DNA of 64,000 nucleotides, taken from assembly GCA_965242925.1 (NCBI GenBank), contig CBDEUM010000022.1, positions 192,001-256,000 on the forward strand. Reading direction: 5' to 3'. This DNA is from Roseibacillus sp. (GTDB lineage Bacteria > Verrucomicrobiota > Verrucomicrobiia > Verrucomicrobiales > Akkermansiaceae). Numbering within the stretch: position 1 is the stretch's first letter; the number at the start of each line of letters is the position of its first letter. The notes beneath the pieces were generated by a model. It did no database searches and was not told where the DNA came from. It worked only from the letters and a program-made list of their open reading frames with translations. Shown here in pieces: positions 33,236-42,687 of this stretch. The position numbers and the translations under genes are program-made.

Positions 33236-33502
33236 GGGCGGAGACTAGAAGGCCTCTCCGGGCACGGAAGGGAAAAGTGGTCCAGTGCCTGTAAGACCTT
33301 GTTGCCGGTTAGCTCTCCTTGATCTGCTTCCATGGTTGTTCCCCTTCCCTCACTTCCGGAGGAGGACGATGCCACCAGAAACAATCCTGGACAGTGCAAG
33401 ATCTTCGATCCCCCGGGGGAATCCCACGGAAAATACGGATTCTCCTCGCTTTCTGGTTTGCATCTGTTCGCGATCCACTATCTCAACTCGGTCCACATTT
33501 CA

Positions 33503-34552
33503 ATGAACACCACCCCGCAAGTCGCTGATCTCCACGTCGTCCGGAACGTTCCGCTGCCGGCGCCAGCCTTCGTCCTCTCCGAGATCAAACGCGACGCGGG
33601 GGAGGCCGCCTTCGTGGCCCAGAGCCGCGAGACAATCCGGGCTATCCTGAACGGACACGACAAGCGATTCCTGGTCATTGTGGGACCCTGTTCGATCCAC
33701 GACACCAGGGCCGGCCTGGAGTATGCCGAACGCTTCATCGCACTGGCCTCCGAGTTGCAGGACAGGATCTATCTCGTCATGCGGGTCTACTTTGAGAAAC
33801 CCCGCACCACCGTGGGCTGGAAGGGCCTCATCATGGATCCCGATCTGGATGGCACCGACAATATTCCACGGGGCCTGATGGTCGCGCGCGAGTTTCTCCG
33901 CCAGATCATTGCCCTGAACATTCCCACCGCCACCGAGTTACTCGACCCCATCACCCCTCAATACATCGCCGACCTGATCAGCTGGTCCGCCATCGGGGCG
34001 AGGACCAGTGAAAGTCAGACCCACCGGCAGATGGCCTCCGGTCTCTCCATGCCCATCGGCTTCAAGAACACCATCAGTGGGGATCTCAAGGCCGCCATCA
34101 ACGCGATTGGGGCAGCCACAAAACCGCAGACCTTCCTCGGGGTTTCAGAACAGGGAGTTGCCTCCGCCATCTCGACCTCCGGCAACCCCGACTGCCATGT
34201 CATCCTGAGAGGTGGTGAGGACGGTCCCAACTACGACAAAACGAACGTTCAGGACGCTCTCGTAAAGATCGGGGAAGCAGGATTCCCCGCCTCCGTGATG
34301 ATCGATGCTTCCCACGCCAACTGCGGGAAAAATCACGAGAAGATGCCCGCCGTGTTCGAAGAGATCATCCGTCAGCGAGCTGCAGGTAACAAAGGGATCA
34401 TTGGCGCCATGCTGGAGAGCAATCTCGTAGCCGGGAACCAGAAGTTTCCCCAACCCCTTCCGGACCTCACCTACGGTCAATCCATCACCGACAAGTGCAT
34501 CGACTGGGAGACCACGGAGCATCTCCTCCGGGCCGCGGCCAGCACAATCTGA
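33503..34552 (+). CDS. 3-deoxy-7-phosphoheptulonate (DAHP) synthase, class I alpha
   Basis: IVGPCSIHD, MRVYFEKPRTTVGWKG, IGARTSESQTHR and DASHAN. Confidence 0.96.
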   Translation: MNTTPQVADLHVVRNVPLPAPAFVLSEIKRDAGEAAFVAQSRETIRAILNGHDKRFLVIVGPCSIHDTRAGLEYAERFIALASELQDRIYLVMRVYFEKPRTTVGWKGLIMDPDLDGTDNIPRGLMVAREFLRQIIALNIPTATELLDPITPQYIADLISWSAIGARTSESQTHRQMASGLSMPIGFKNTISGDLKAAINAIGAATKPQTFLGVSEQGVASAISTSGNPDCHVILRGGEDGPNYDKTNVQDALVKIGEAGFPASVMIDASHANCGKNHEKMPAVFEEIIRQRAAGNKGIIGAMLESNLVAGNQKFPQPLPDLTYGQSITDKCIDWETTEHLLRAAASTI

Positions 34553-34657
34553 AGTACTGATCCAGCCTGCGGGGACGGACGGGGCAGGTCCACAAACCTT
34601 CCCCCCGCAATGAAGCCTCTCCGAGCCAGATACCATGTTCACGGACTCGCAGCATCA

Positions 34658-36307
34658 TCACCGGTCCTTCTTGTCCGCAGCCGGTTGACCCGGACCTGGC
34701 GCCAGATGACTGGCGGTGACCGTCCCTGCGTCCGCGAAGAAGTCAATCAAGGCCTGTCGACTGCTCGGCGGCAGGAGGCTGGCCTTGCACTCGGGCCTCT
34801 GGGCGAGGGCCCGAAGGCGCATGAGCTTCTTGCCCCCTGATTGTGCGTCATAGGAATTGAAGATGATGCAGTGACGGTGTCCAGCCGGACGGGGACCCGG
34901 ATGACGCAGGCACTGCAGGCCGCGCACGAAGCGACTCTTCCTTGTCTCGCCCCTGGCGGCCCCGGCCTCTGTCACCTGCACCTCAAAACCGAAGAGGGCG
35001 CGATCACCTCCCCCCTGGAAGGATTCATTGAGCACGCCCACCAGTTCTTCCCGGGTGAGGTAGAGAGCCACCAGACGATTGTCGTAGGGAAGGATTGACC
35101 AGGCATCCCCGACTGTCTTCTTCCCCACTGCAAGGGTGCCGCTCCCGAAGGTGCCATGAAAGACACCATCCGGGTCAAGCTTGTGCTTGGCGGCAGTGTG
35201 CAACACGGCGGAGGAAATCAGGGTCTGCAGCGGACTTGGCATTCCGGGAGCTGGTTGCCTGTCAGACAATTCAACCGCCAACTCCCCCATTTCGCCCGAG
35301 AGGTAGCCTCTGGCATCGTCCAGGTCCTTCCCCGCAATTTCCAGCACGAGCGGATCCTCCGGAAGACGTTCATCCATCAGCACGGTATAGGCTCGCTTCT
35401 CCACGATTCTCCGGCTCTCAACATCAAAGGAAAGGTCCACCCGCCCACAGTGGATCCCGAAGTAATCCGCCTGGGTATAGAGCGTCCCGTCTACAAACCT
35501 GCTGCCCTGGTCCCGGTGGGTGTGTCCCGCGAGATAGATGTCCGGTCCGTCTTCCCCCTCAAGCAGGGCCAGCACCGGATTTGCAAAATCATCGGTCTCC
35601 TTCAGCCCCATGTGTCCGCACACCACCACCGCATCCACCTTGGCCTCCTCTCGAAGATACTTCAGGCTCGTCCGCAGGGTCTTTACGGGGTCGATAGCCT
35701 CGTAGCCATTGAGCAACTCCGGACGTAGCCAGTAGGGCAGACCCGGGGTGGTCAGGCCAATCAGGCCGATCCGGAACCCCGCCACCGTCTTCACCAGGTG
35801 GGGAATGATCCGGGCCAGGGGATGGGACGAATCCTCCAGTGTTCCGGATGGCTTTCCCTCAAGGTTGATGTTCCCCGTCAGCACCGGCATGGCGGAACGC
35901 GTCACCGCATCGAGGACGACCTCCGGGCCCCAGTCGAACTCGTGATTCCCGAGAACCCACGCATCATACTGCAATTTGTTGAAGAGATCGATCATGAGAC
36001 GGCCACGGGTGATCCAACCCACCGCCGTACCCTGATACACATCCCCCATATCAAGCAGCAGGGAGTGTGGATTGGTCTTCCGCCACTGTCGAATCTGCGA
36101 GGCACAACGGGCCAGCCCCCCGACGTTCGTGATCCCCCGGTAGGTCCGGGTCGGACGGATATGCCCATGCAGATCGGTGGTATGAAAAATCGAAACAGTC
36201 TTGACCGTCCTGGGATCCCGCGCTCCATGCCCCCGCCGGGGAAGAAGGAACGAAGCTCCCGTCAAGGCAGATCCACACAGCATTGTCCGTCTCTCAATCA
36301 CGCTCAT
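34658..36307 (-). CDS. Bifunctional metallophosphoesterase/5'-nucleotidase, Tat-exported
   Basis: ERRTML Tat-like signal; HTTDLHG, DMGD, GNHEFD and AGHTH. Confidence 0.9.
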   Translation of the reverse strand: MSVIERRTMLCGSALTGASFLLPRRGHGARDPRTVKTVSIFHTTDLHGHIRPTRTYRGITNVGGLARCASQIRQWRKTNPHSLLLDMGDVYQGTAVGWITRGRLMIDLFNKLQYDAWVLGNHEFDWGPEVVLDAVTRSAMPVLTGNINLEGKPSGTLEDSSHPLARIIPHLVKTVAGFRIGLIGLTTPGLPYWLRPELLNGYEAIDPVKTLRTSLKYLREEAKVDAVVVCGHMGLKETDDFANPVLALLEGEDGPDIYLAGHTHRDQGSRFVDGTLYTQADYFGIHCGRVDLSFDVESRRIVEKRAYTVLMDERLPEDPLVLEIAGKDLDDARGYLSGEMGELAVELSDRQPAPGMPSPLQTLISSAVLHTAAKHKLDPDGVFHGTFGSGTLAVGKKTVGDAWSILPYDNRLVALYLTREELVGVLNESFQGGGDRALFGFEVQVTEAGAARGETRKSRFVRGLQCLRHPGPRPAGHRHCIIFNSYDAQSGGKKLMRLRALAQRPECKASLLPPSSRQALIDFFADAGTVTASHLAPGPGQPAADKKDR

Positions 36308-36383
36308 GGGCGGCACGTATCGTATGAAATATCACGCGGAATGCAACTCGCGGAATGCAACAGGATCTCCCTCCGGGCTGACT

Positions 36384-37079
36384 TCAGACCCTCAGTTCCC
36401 CGACTGGCAACCAGCGCCCCTCCCAGTCGTAGTAGTGCAATGCCCCAAACTGCTTCTTGTAGTCGTAGCAACTCGACTCCACCGTGGCATAGCCACTGTA
36501 ATAAAACCGGAAGCCCTGTTCCCTGGCGAACTCAAGTTCGGCCAGCATGGTGAACACTCCCAGGCGACGATGCGAAAACTCCGGATCGAACACCGCATAG
36601 ATACTGGAACATGCCTGTCGCCCAAGAGCAAAGAAACTGGCCGCAATCAGCCTTCCCTCCAGACGAACGCTCAACTGCAGGCATTCGCAGGGACGCCCGT
36701 CCGGCTGGGTTCCCAGGAAGTCCGCGAGATAATCCGGCACGTTGCCCGCAAAACGTATCTTGTGGCTGTCGAAAAGGCGGCTCTCGGCCTCCCCGGGGAC
36801 CGCACTGCCAAAACTGAGCTCCAAATCCCGGTTCTTCCGGAAGGTCCGTCGTTGACTTCTTGATCTCATGAACTGGGCCACTTCGATTCGCAGAGCGATC
36901 TGCCTTTTGAGGCGCACTCCATCACTCATGAGACTGGCCCGGAAGAAATCTGTCCCAAAATGGCGCCAACCCACCGACCACAGTTCATCCATCCCTTCGG
37001 GTTTAACCACGTCACGTTCCCGGCTTTCGGCCACCAAGGGCCACGCCCCCGAAAGCAGGTTGTAGAGTTGCTGGGACAT
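36384..37079 (-). CDS. ATE1/Bpt-like aminoacyl-tRNA-protein transferase
   Basis: GWRHFG, SRSQRR, SSIYAVFDPEFSHRRLG, YYSGY and YDYK. Confidence 0.82.
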   Translation of the reverse strand: MSQQLYNLLSGAWPLVAESRERDVVKPEGMDELWSVGWRHFGTDFFRASLMSDGVRLKRQIALRIEVAQFMRSRSQRRTFRKNRDLELSFGSAVPGEAESRLFDSHKIRFAGNVPDYLADFLGTQPDGRPCECLQLSVRLEGRLIAASFFALGRQACSSIYAVFDPEFSHRRLGVFTMLAELEFAREQGFRFYYSGYATVESSCYDYKKQFGALHYYDWEGRWLPVGELRV

Positions 37080-37129
37080 TCGACTCGCGCGGGAAAGCCC
37101 AGGCAGTATGCCCCCGATCGACCTCTCAC

Positions 37130-37364
37130 TCAATTTCCTTGTCCGATCAACTTTTTTACCAGTGCGGAATTTCCCTGGATTCCCCGCAGGAACACCCTTT
37201 CAGGGCGGGATTGCTGGCACTCCGCGGTTTGAGAGAAGAGCTGCCGAGGGCTACCGCGATAGTCCTGGCTTCCACGTTTCCGGGAGCAACTCCAGCGCGC
37301 GCCCGGCTCCACCGGTGTCGATCAGATTGCCGGCAATATCCAACAGGACCAGGTCACCGGGCAT
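37130..37364 (-). pseudogene. Degraded HAD-family phosphatase remnant
   Basis: From ATG 37364: MPGDLVLLDIAGNLIDTGGAG (compare LFDIDGTLxxTGGAG). Other frames give ARTIAVALGS and RPERVFL, resembling the HAD C-terminus; the middle is missing. Confidence 0.6.
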
Positions 37365-37391
37365 AACCCGGAGAAGGAATTGACCGCCTCG

Positions 37392-38136
37392 CTACTCCTC
37401 TGCTTTCTCTGCTTTCTCTGCTTTCTCTGCTTCCTCTGCTTCCTCTGCTTCCTCGTGTTCCTCGCTTCCTCTGTTCCTCGTGTTCCTCGTGTTCCTCGTG
37501 TTCCTCGTGTTCCTCGTCAAGATCGTCATCTTCCTCGAAGTCATCTTCCTCTATCAGGTCACCATGACTCAAATTGAATTTGCGTACCTGCTGGCTGGCC
37601 GGGAGTGGCGAGAGGACCATCACGACGTTTCGTCCAACCAGCTTGGGCTCCTGGTCAACATTCGCCATGGCCGTGATGTCCCCCTTGATGCGCTCCATTT
37701 TTTCGAACCCGATTTCCCTGTGAGCATTTTCCCGGCCACGGAACTGCAACTGCGCACGCACCTTGTGACCTTCTGCGAGGAAGGCCTCGATCCTCCCCAG
37801 CTTGATATTGTAGTCGTGCTGCTCGGTCCGCACCCGGAACTTGATCTCCTTGAGGCGCGTGACCGACTTGCTCTTACTTGTCTTCTTGAGCTTCGACTGT
37901 TCGTACTTCCATTTTCCGTAGTCGACCACACGGCATACCGGAGGATCGGCCTTGGAAGCAACTTCCACCAAGTCAAGGCCGATAGCCTTGGCTCTCTGGA
38001 CAGCCTCCCGGGTATCCATGACCCCGAGTTGTTCACCCTTGCCGGATACGACCCGCACACGTGGGGCTCTGATCCGCTCATTAACCCGCGTCATGTCCCG
38101 ACGCGGACGAAATCTCTTCTTCTTTTTCTTAGCGAT
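37392..38136 (-). CDS. infC: Translation initiation factor IF-3 with acidic repeat tail (apparent frameshift in tail; probable AUC start)
   Basis: VNERIRAPRVR, LDLVEV, DYGKWKYE and KEIKFR. GGGAGA lies upstream of ATC 38136. Restoring two 8-bp repeat units to 9 bp gives a TAG stop at 37392-37394. Confidence 0.93.
37401..37515 (-). repeat. 9-bp tandem repeat (GAGGAACAC/GAGGAAGCA/GAGAAAGCA), 13 units
   Basis: Counted directly; two units (37464-37471 and 37472-37479) are 8 bp. Confidence 0.92.
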
Positions 38137-38267
38137 AGTGTCTCTCCCGTGTTGTTGAGGGTGCGGAATGCATCCGCGAACGGAGACGCAGAGGTACTCC
38201 GGGCGTCTTGCCAAGGCCGAGGTCAACGAGTCGCTGCATCATTGAAAGCAACACAGCTCAGTCCCGC

Positions 38268-40148
38268 TCACAGCGAGCGGTTTTGGATCTCTTCGCATAT
38301 TTGGCCAACAAAATCATTAAGAGTCATGGTGCCGAGATCATCGCGATCCCGATGGCGCACGCTTACGCTTTGTGACTCTTCCTCGCGCGCGCCAATAACG
38401 AGCATATAGGGTACACGGTCCAGCCTCGCAAGACGAATCTTGGCCCCTATCTTGTCTGCCGCAAGATTGCTTGCCACCCGGACCCCGGCTTCTGCGAGCA
38501 TGCGCACCACTCCTTCGGAGTAAGCGTTGTGCTTCTCCGAAATAGAGAGCACGCGAACCTGTTCGGGTGCGAGCCAGACCGGAAACTTCCCTTCGAAGTG
38601 TTCAATGAGAAGCCCGATAAAGCGCTCCAGTGATCCGAAGGGTGCACGGTGAATCATGACCGGACGGTGCGGCGTGTTGTCCGCCCCGATATAACTCAAA
38701 TCGAATCGCTCAGGCAGGTTGTAGTCCACCTGCACGGTCCCAAGCTGCCACTCACGCCCAATCACATCCTTCACAACAAAATCGATTTTGGGCCCATAGA
38801 ATGCGGCTTCCCCGGGCTCTTCGGTGTAGTCCACACCCAGGGTTTGAACTGCATCCCGCAAGGCCTCCTCCGCCTTGTCCCAATTGGCAGGATCCCCCAC
38901 GTATTTGGAGGAATCGGGATCGCGCAGAGAAAGCCGCACGGCGTAGTCCGACATTCCCAGGGCCCCGAAGACCGTCTTGACCAGACCCAGGCAGCCCTGG
39001 ATTTCTTCACTTAGCTGCTCCGGGGTGCAGAAGAGGTGAGCATCGTCCTGCGTGAAGGAACGCGTCCGTGTAATGCCTCCGAGTTCTCCGCTTTGCTCCC
39101 AACGGTAGACGGTACCGAACTCAGCCAGTCGCACCGGGAGATCGCGGTAGCTGTGGTGATCACTTGCAAAGATGCGAATGTGGTGCGGACAGTTCATGGG
39201 CTTCAACATGAAACCCTCCACCTCTCCTTTCCGCAGCGCATTCATGAGATCCCCGCAACTGCTGTCGTCGTCAGAGAGTTTCCTGAGGGCTTCGCGCTCG
39301 GCAAAGGGTGGATACTGGCTCTCCTCGTAATAGGGGAAATGTCCGCTGGTGCGGTAGAGGTCCAGTCTGCCGATATGCGGCGTAAAGACCTGATGATAAC
39401 CCTGCTTGTCCAGTTCGGCCGCGATGAAGTCCTGTAACTGGCGCCGGATGATGGCTCCCTTGGGTTTCCACAGGGGCAGGCCCTGCCCGACCATCTCATC
39501 GAAATGAAAGAGACCCAGTTCCCTGCCCAGACGCCGATGGTCACGCTTCTTCGCTTCCTCCAGTCGCTCAAGATGCTCACTCAGCAGAGTCTTGTTCTTG
39601 AAGCAGGTTCCATAGATTCTCTGCAATTGCGGATTGTCTGCATCGGCCTTGTAGAAAGCACTGGCCACACTCATCAGCTTGAAGGCCTTGCAGTTTCCCG
39701 TTCGTCCCACATGCGGACCCGCGCAGAGATCCCAGAAATCCCCATTCTTGAAAATGGAGATCTCCTCGTCATCCGGGATATCCTCCAAAAGATCAACCTT
39801 GAAGGTTGAAGGAGTATCGCGCTCGCCCAGGGCGGCCAGTCGCCCTTTCCGGGCCAGGTCCAAGGCCTCCTCGCGGCTGATCACTTCCCGCTCAAAGACC
39901 TGATTCTCCTTCACCACTTTCTTCATCTCAGCCTCAATGGCGGGAAAATCATCCGGCGAAATGCGGTGCGCTAGGTCGACATCGTAGTAAAACCCTCCTT
40001 CCACCGGCGGTCCGGCCGAGAACTGGGCATCGGACCAGAGTCTGGCGATCGCGGTCGCCATTACGTGCGCACACGAGTGCCGGAGACGCTCCAGGTCACT
40101 CATCTGGTTTCGTTCTTCGAGAGTCTTGCGCTCTTTATCGTCAGCCAT
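38268..40148 (-). CDS. thrS: Threonine-tRNA ligase (no TGS domain)
   Basis: RHSCAH, DLCAGPH, KPMNCP, FTQDDAH, GEAAFYGPK and HRAPFGS. Confidence 0.98.
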   Translation of the reverse strand: MADDKERKTLEERNQMSDLERLRHSCAHVMATAIARLWSDAQFSAGPPVEGGFYYDVDLAHRISPDDFPAIEAEMKKVVKENQVFEREVISREEALDLARKGRLAALGERDTPSTFKVDLLEDIPDDEEISIFKNGDFWDLCAGPHVGRTGNCKAFKLMSVASAFYKADADNPQLQRIYGTCFKNKTLLSEHLERLEEAKKRDHRRLGRELGLFHFDEMVGQGLPLWKPKGAIIRRQLQDFIAAELDKQGYHQVFTPHIGRLDLYRTSGHFPYYEESQYPPFAEREALRKLSDDDSSCGDLMNALRKGEVEGFMLKPMNCPHHIRIFASDHHSYRDLPVRLAEFGTVYRWEQSGELGGITRTRSFTQDDAHLFCTPEQLSEEIQGCLGLVKTVFGALGMSDYAVRLSLRDPDSSKYVGDPANWDKAEEALRDAVQTLGVDYTEEPGEAAFYGPKIDFVVKDVIGREWQLGTVQVDYNLPERFDLSYIGADNTPHRPVMIHRAPFGSLERFIGLLIEHFEGKFPVWLAPEQVRVLSISEKHNAYSEGVVRMLAEAGVRVASNLAADKIGAKIRLARLDRVPYMLVIGAREEESQSVSVRHRDRDDLGTMTLNDFVGQICEEIQNRSL

Positions 40149-40151
40149 TTT

Positions 40152-40186
40152 CCTGAGCTTCAAGTTTCAGACTTCAAGTTTCAAGC
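40152..40186 (-). repeat. Heptamer tandem array (consensus ACTTGAA) abutting the thrS start
   Basis: Minus strand reads GCTTGAA ACTTGAA GTCTGAA ACTTGAA GCTCAGG AAA ATG. Confidence 0.8.
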
Positions 40187-40271
40187 TGAAGTGCCTGCCT
40201 GGGAGTGGTGATTCATACGGAATTCGGTGGTTGGCCCTTCGAGAATGTGCCCTGCTGCCCCTCAGCTCCAC

Positions 40272-40302
40272 AAAAAAGGCCCCGCATTGTTGCAAGGCCT
40301 TT
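40272..40302 (-). terminator. Intrinsic terminator after rpsD
   Basis: Minus strand AAAGGCCTTGCA-ACAA-TGCGGGGCCTTTTTT. Confidence 0.8.
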
Positions 40303-40333
40303 CGGATTCTCTGTCTGTTTGCCAACCTGCTCG

Positions 40334-40945
40334 TTAACGGGAGTAAAGCTCGACGATCAGTTGGACGTTGACCAGGGGATCGATGTCCTCGACTTCGGGG
40401 AGGCGCGCGACGACGCCCTCCATAGTCTCGCGATCCAGGACGAGCCAGTCCTTGAGGGCAATAGCCTGGGTGAGATCCATCATCCGGAGCCCCAGCTGCT
40501 GCGATGAGGGCTTGGGCCCGATCTTGATCTTGTCGCCTGGCTTGCAGTGGTAGCTGGGGACGTCCAGCTTCCTGCCATTGACCAGCACGTGGCCATGGCC
40601 AACCAGCTGCCGGGCGGCCTGACGGGAGTTTCCAAGCCCAAGGCGGAAGCACACATTATCGAGGCGGGTCTCAAGAAGTTGCAGCATGATATCGCCGGTC
40701 ACCCCCCGGCGACGGGCGGCTTCTTCGTAGCAACCGCGAAACTGCTTTTCCAGGACTCCATACTGGAACTTGAGCTTCTGCTTCTCGCCCAACGCGATGG
40801 CGTATTCGGATTTCTTGCGGCGACCGGCGCGGAGACCGTGCTGGCCGGGAGGATAGTTGCGGCGCTCAAGAGCGCGGGACGAACCAAACAGCGGCACCAG
40901 AAAGCGGCGGCTGATTCTGTCCTTGGGACCGGTATAACGTGCCAT
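40334..40945 (-). CDS. rpsD: 30S ribosomal protein S4
   Basis: MARYTGP, PPGQHG, EKQKLK, LETRLDN and IVELYSR. Confidence 0.98.
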   Translation of the reverse strand: MARYTGPKDRISRRFLVPLFGSSRALERRNYPPGQHGLRAGRRKKSEYAIALGEKQKLKFQYGVLEKQFRGCYEEAARRRGVTGDIMLQLLETRLDNVCFRLGLGNSRQAARQLVGHGHVLVNGRKLDVPSYHCKPGDKIKIGPKPSSQQLGLRMMDLTQAIALKDWLVLDRETMEGVVARLPEVEDIDPLVNVQLIVELYSR

Positions 40946-40982
40946 GAGGAAAAAGGTTTATTCTTTGGTCGTTGAGTTCTCG

Positions 40983-41970
40983 TTACACCCGGCGGGCCTT
41001 CTTAGGTCGGCAACCATTGTGGGGAATGGGCGTCACGTCCTTGATTCCGGACACATCGATGCCGATGGCCTGCACCGCGCGCACCGCTGACTCGCGGCCG
41101 GCCCCCGGACCCTTGACCCGAATCTCCGCTTCCTTCAGGCCGTGGCCCATGGCCTGGCGACAGGCGTCCTGCGAAACCACCTGGGCAGCATAGGCCGTGC
41201 TCTTACGGGATCCCTTGAATCCCATCTTGCCGGAACTCGACCACCCGATCGTATTTCCGGATTCATCGGTGATGGTTATCATCGTGTTGTTGAAGGTGGC
41301 CGCGATATGGATAATCCCCTTGGCAATGTTCTTGCTTTTCTTGTTCTTGTGAATCTTGAGCGCATCTGCGGCCTCTTCGCCCATGATCTCGGCGAAAATA
41401 TCTTTCTTCTCTTCCTTCTTCCCGCCTTCGCCCCCTTCACCTTCCTTGGCTTTGGCAGACTCCTCGCCTTTCGCGTCGGATTTTCTCTCAGGTTTGCCGT
41501 CACTGGCAGAAGACTTTTCTTCGGCCGCAGGCTTCTCTTCGGCCGCAGGCTTCTCTTCGGCCGCAGGCTTCTCTTCGGCCGCAGGCTTCTCTTCGGCCGC
41601 AGGCTTCTCTTCGGCCGCAGGCTTCTCTTCGGCCGCAGGCTTCTCTTCGGCCGCAGGCTTCTCTTCGGCCGCAGGCTTCTCTTCGGCCGCAGGCTTCTCT
41701 TCGGCCGCAGGCTTCTCTTCGGCCGCAGGCTTCTCGTCGGCCGCAGGCTTCTCGTCGGTCCGCAGGCTTCTCGTCGGCCGCAGGCTTCTCGTCGGCCGCA
41801 GGCTTCTCTTCCGCCGCAGGCTTCTCGTCGGCCGCAGGCTTCTCTTCCGCCGCAGGCTTCTCTTCCGTCACAGGCTTCTCTTCCGCCGCAGGCTTCTCTT
41901 CCGCCGCAGGCTTCTCTTCCGCCGCAGCCTCTTCAGGCGTATCCGGCTTGTTATTATCTTCCTCGGCCAT
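40983..41970 (-). CDS. rpsK: 30S ribosomal protein S11 with long acidic repeat N-extension (apparent 1-nt insertion at 41759)
   Basis: Core has [15 protein letters not shown] and [12 protein letters not shown]. The upstream ATG 41970 joins the core frame if the extra T at 41759 is removed (328 aa). Confidence 0.93.
41515..41929 (-). repeat. 18-bp tandem repeat encoding (AAEEKP)n, 23 units
   Basis: Unit ttctcttcggccgcaggc on the + strand; one unit is 19 bp (41749-41767). Confidence 0.95.
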
Positions 41971-42004
41971 GAGCGGGGTGGGAAAAATATTTCGTCGTCA
42001 TTGC

Positions 42005-42379
42005 TTAGATCACTTTCTTGGCACCCACCGTCTTCTTGCGGCCCTTCCGGGTGCGGGAGTTGGTCCGGGTGCGTTGACCGCGAACCGGAAGACCCCGCTT
42101 GTGTCGTTGTCCCCGGTAGCAGTTGATGGAAGAGAGGCGCTTGAGGGCAGATTGAATCTCCCGGCGGAGATCACCCTCGATCGCGATCTCCTGGCTCTGG
42201 ATTGCCTGCGCGATTTTCACCAACTGCTCTTCAGAGAGTTCCCCTGTCCGCACGTTGCAGTCCACTCCGGCCTGCTCCAGGATCTTCAGGGCTGTGGTTT
42301 GCCCGACTCCGTAGATGTAGCAGAGAGAAGCTTCGATGCGCTTCTCGTTGGGGATCTCGATTCCGAAAATACGTGCCAT
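42005..42379 (-). CDS. rpsM: 30S ribosomal protein S13
   Basis: MARIFGIEIP, IYGVG, EGDLRRE and GLPVRGQRTRTN. Confidence 0.98.
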   Translation of the reverse strand: MARIFGIEIPNEKRIEASLCYIYGVGQTTALKILEQAGVDCNVRTGELSEEQLVKIAQAIQSQEIAIEGDLRREIQSALKRLSSINCYRGQRHKRGLPVRGQRTRTNSRTRKGRKKTVGAKKVI

Positions 42380-42687
42380 ATAGTGTGGAGGCGTTGTGAA
42401 CGCGCCAAAGGGGCCTGACGCGAAAGGGGCCGAGCTATTTAGCAGAGCAGCCCTTGCTGGCAAGCGGAAATCCTCGATTTTAAAGGGGCCGAAGCCTCCA
42501 GCTCCCCTGCCGAGGCATTCTCCCGGCCTCCGCCCGCCTCCTCCGGCACCGGAAGGGCACCAATGCTCTCCCATCCCGGACGGTGCACTTCCCATGCGAT
42601 CCGAGCCGCTCCGGCCGGAATCCCCGCTAGACAAAACAACCGGGGCCGGTAGCGTCGTTTAACTGATACACACTATTCGTCAACCTC

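Noticed and set aside
41749..41767. Programmed ribosomal frameshifting in rpsK, nusA or infC
   Set aside because: No slippery heptamer or homopolymer run at the indels. All fall inside tandem repeats, where consensus errors are expected.
41515..41929. CRISPR array (also considered for 56372-56766 and 37401-37515)
   Set aside because: Head-to-tail repeats with no unique spacers, in-frame within housekeeping genes, and no cas genes.
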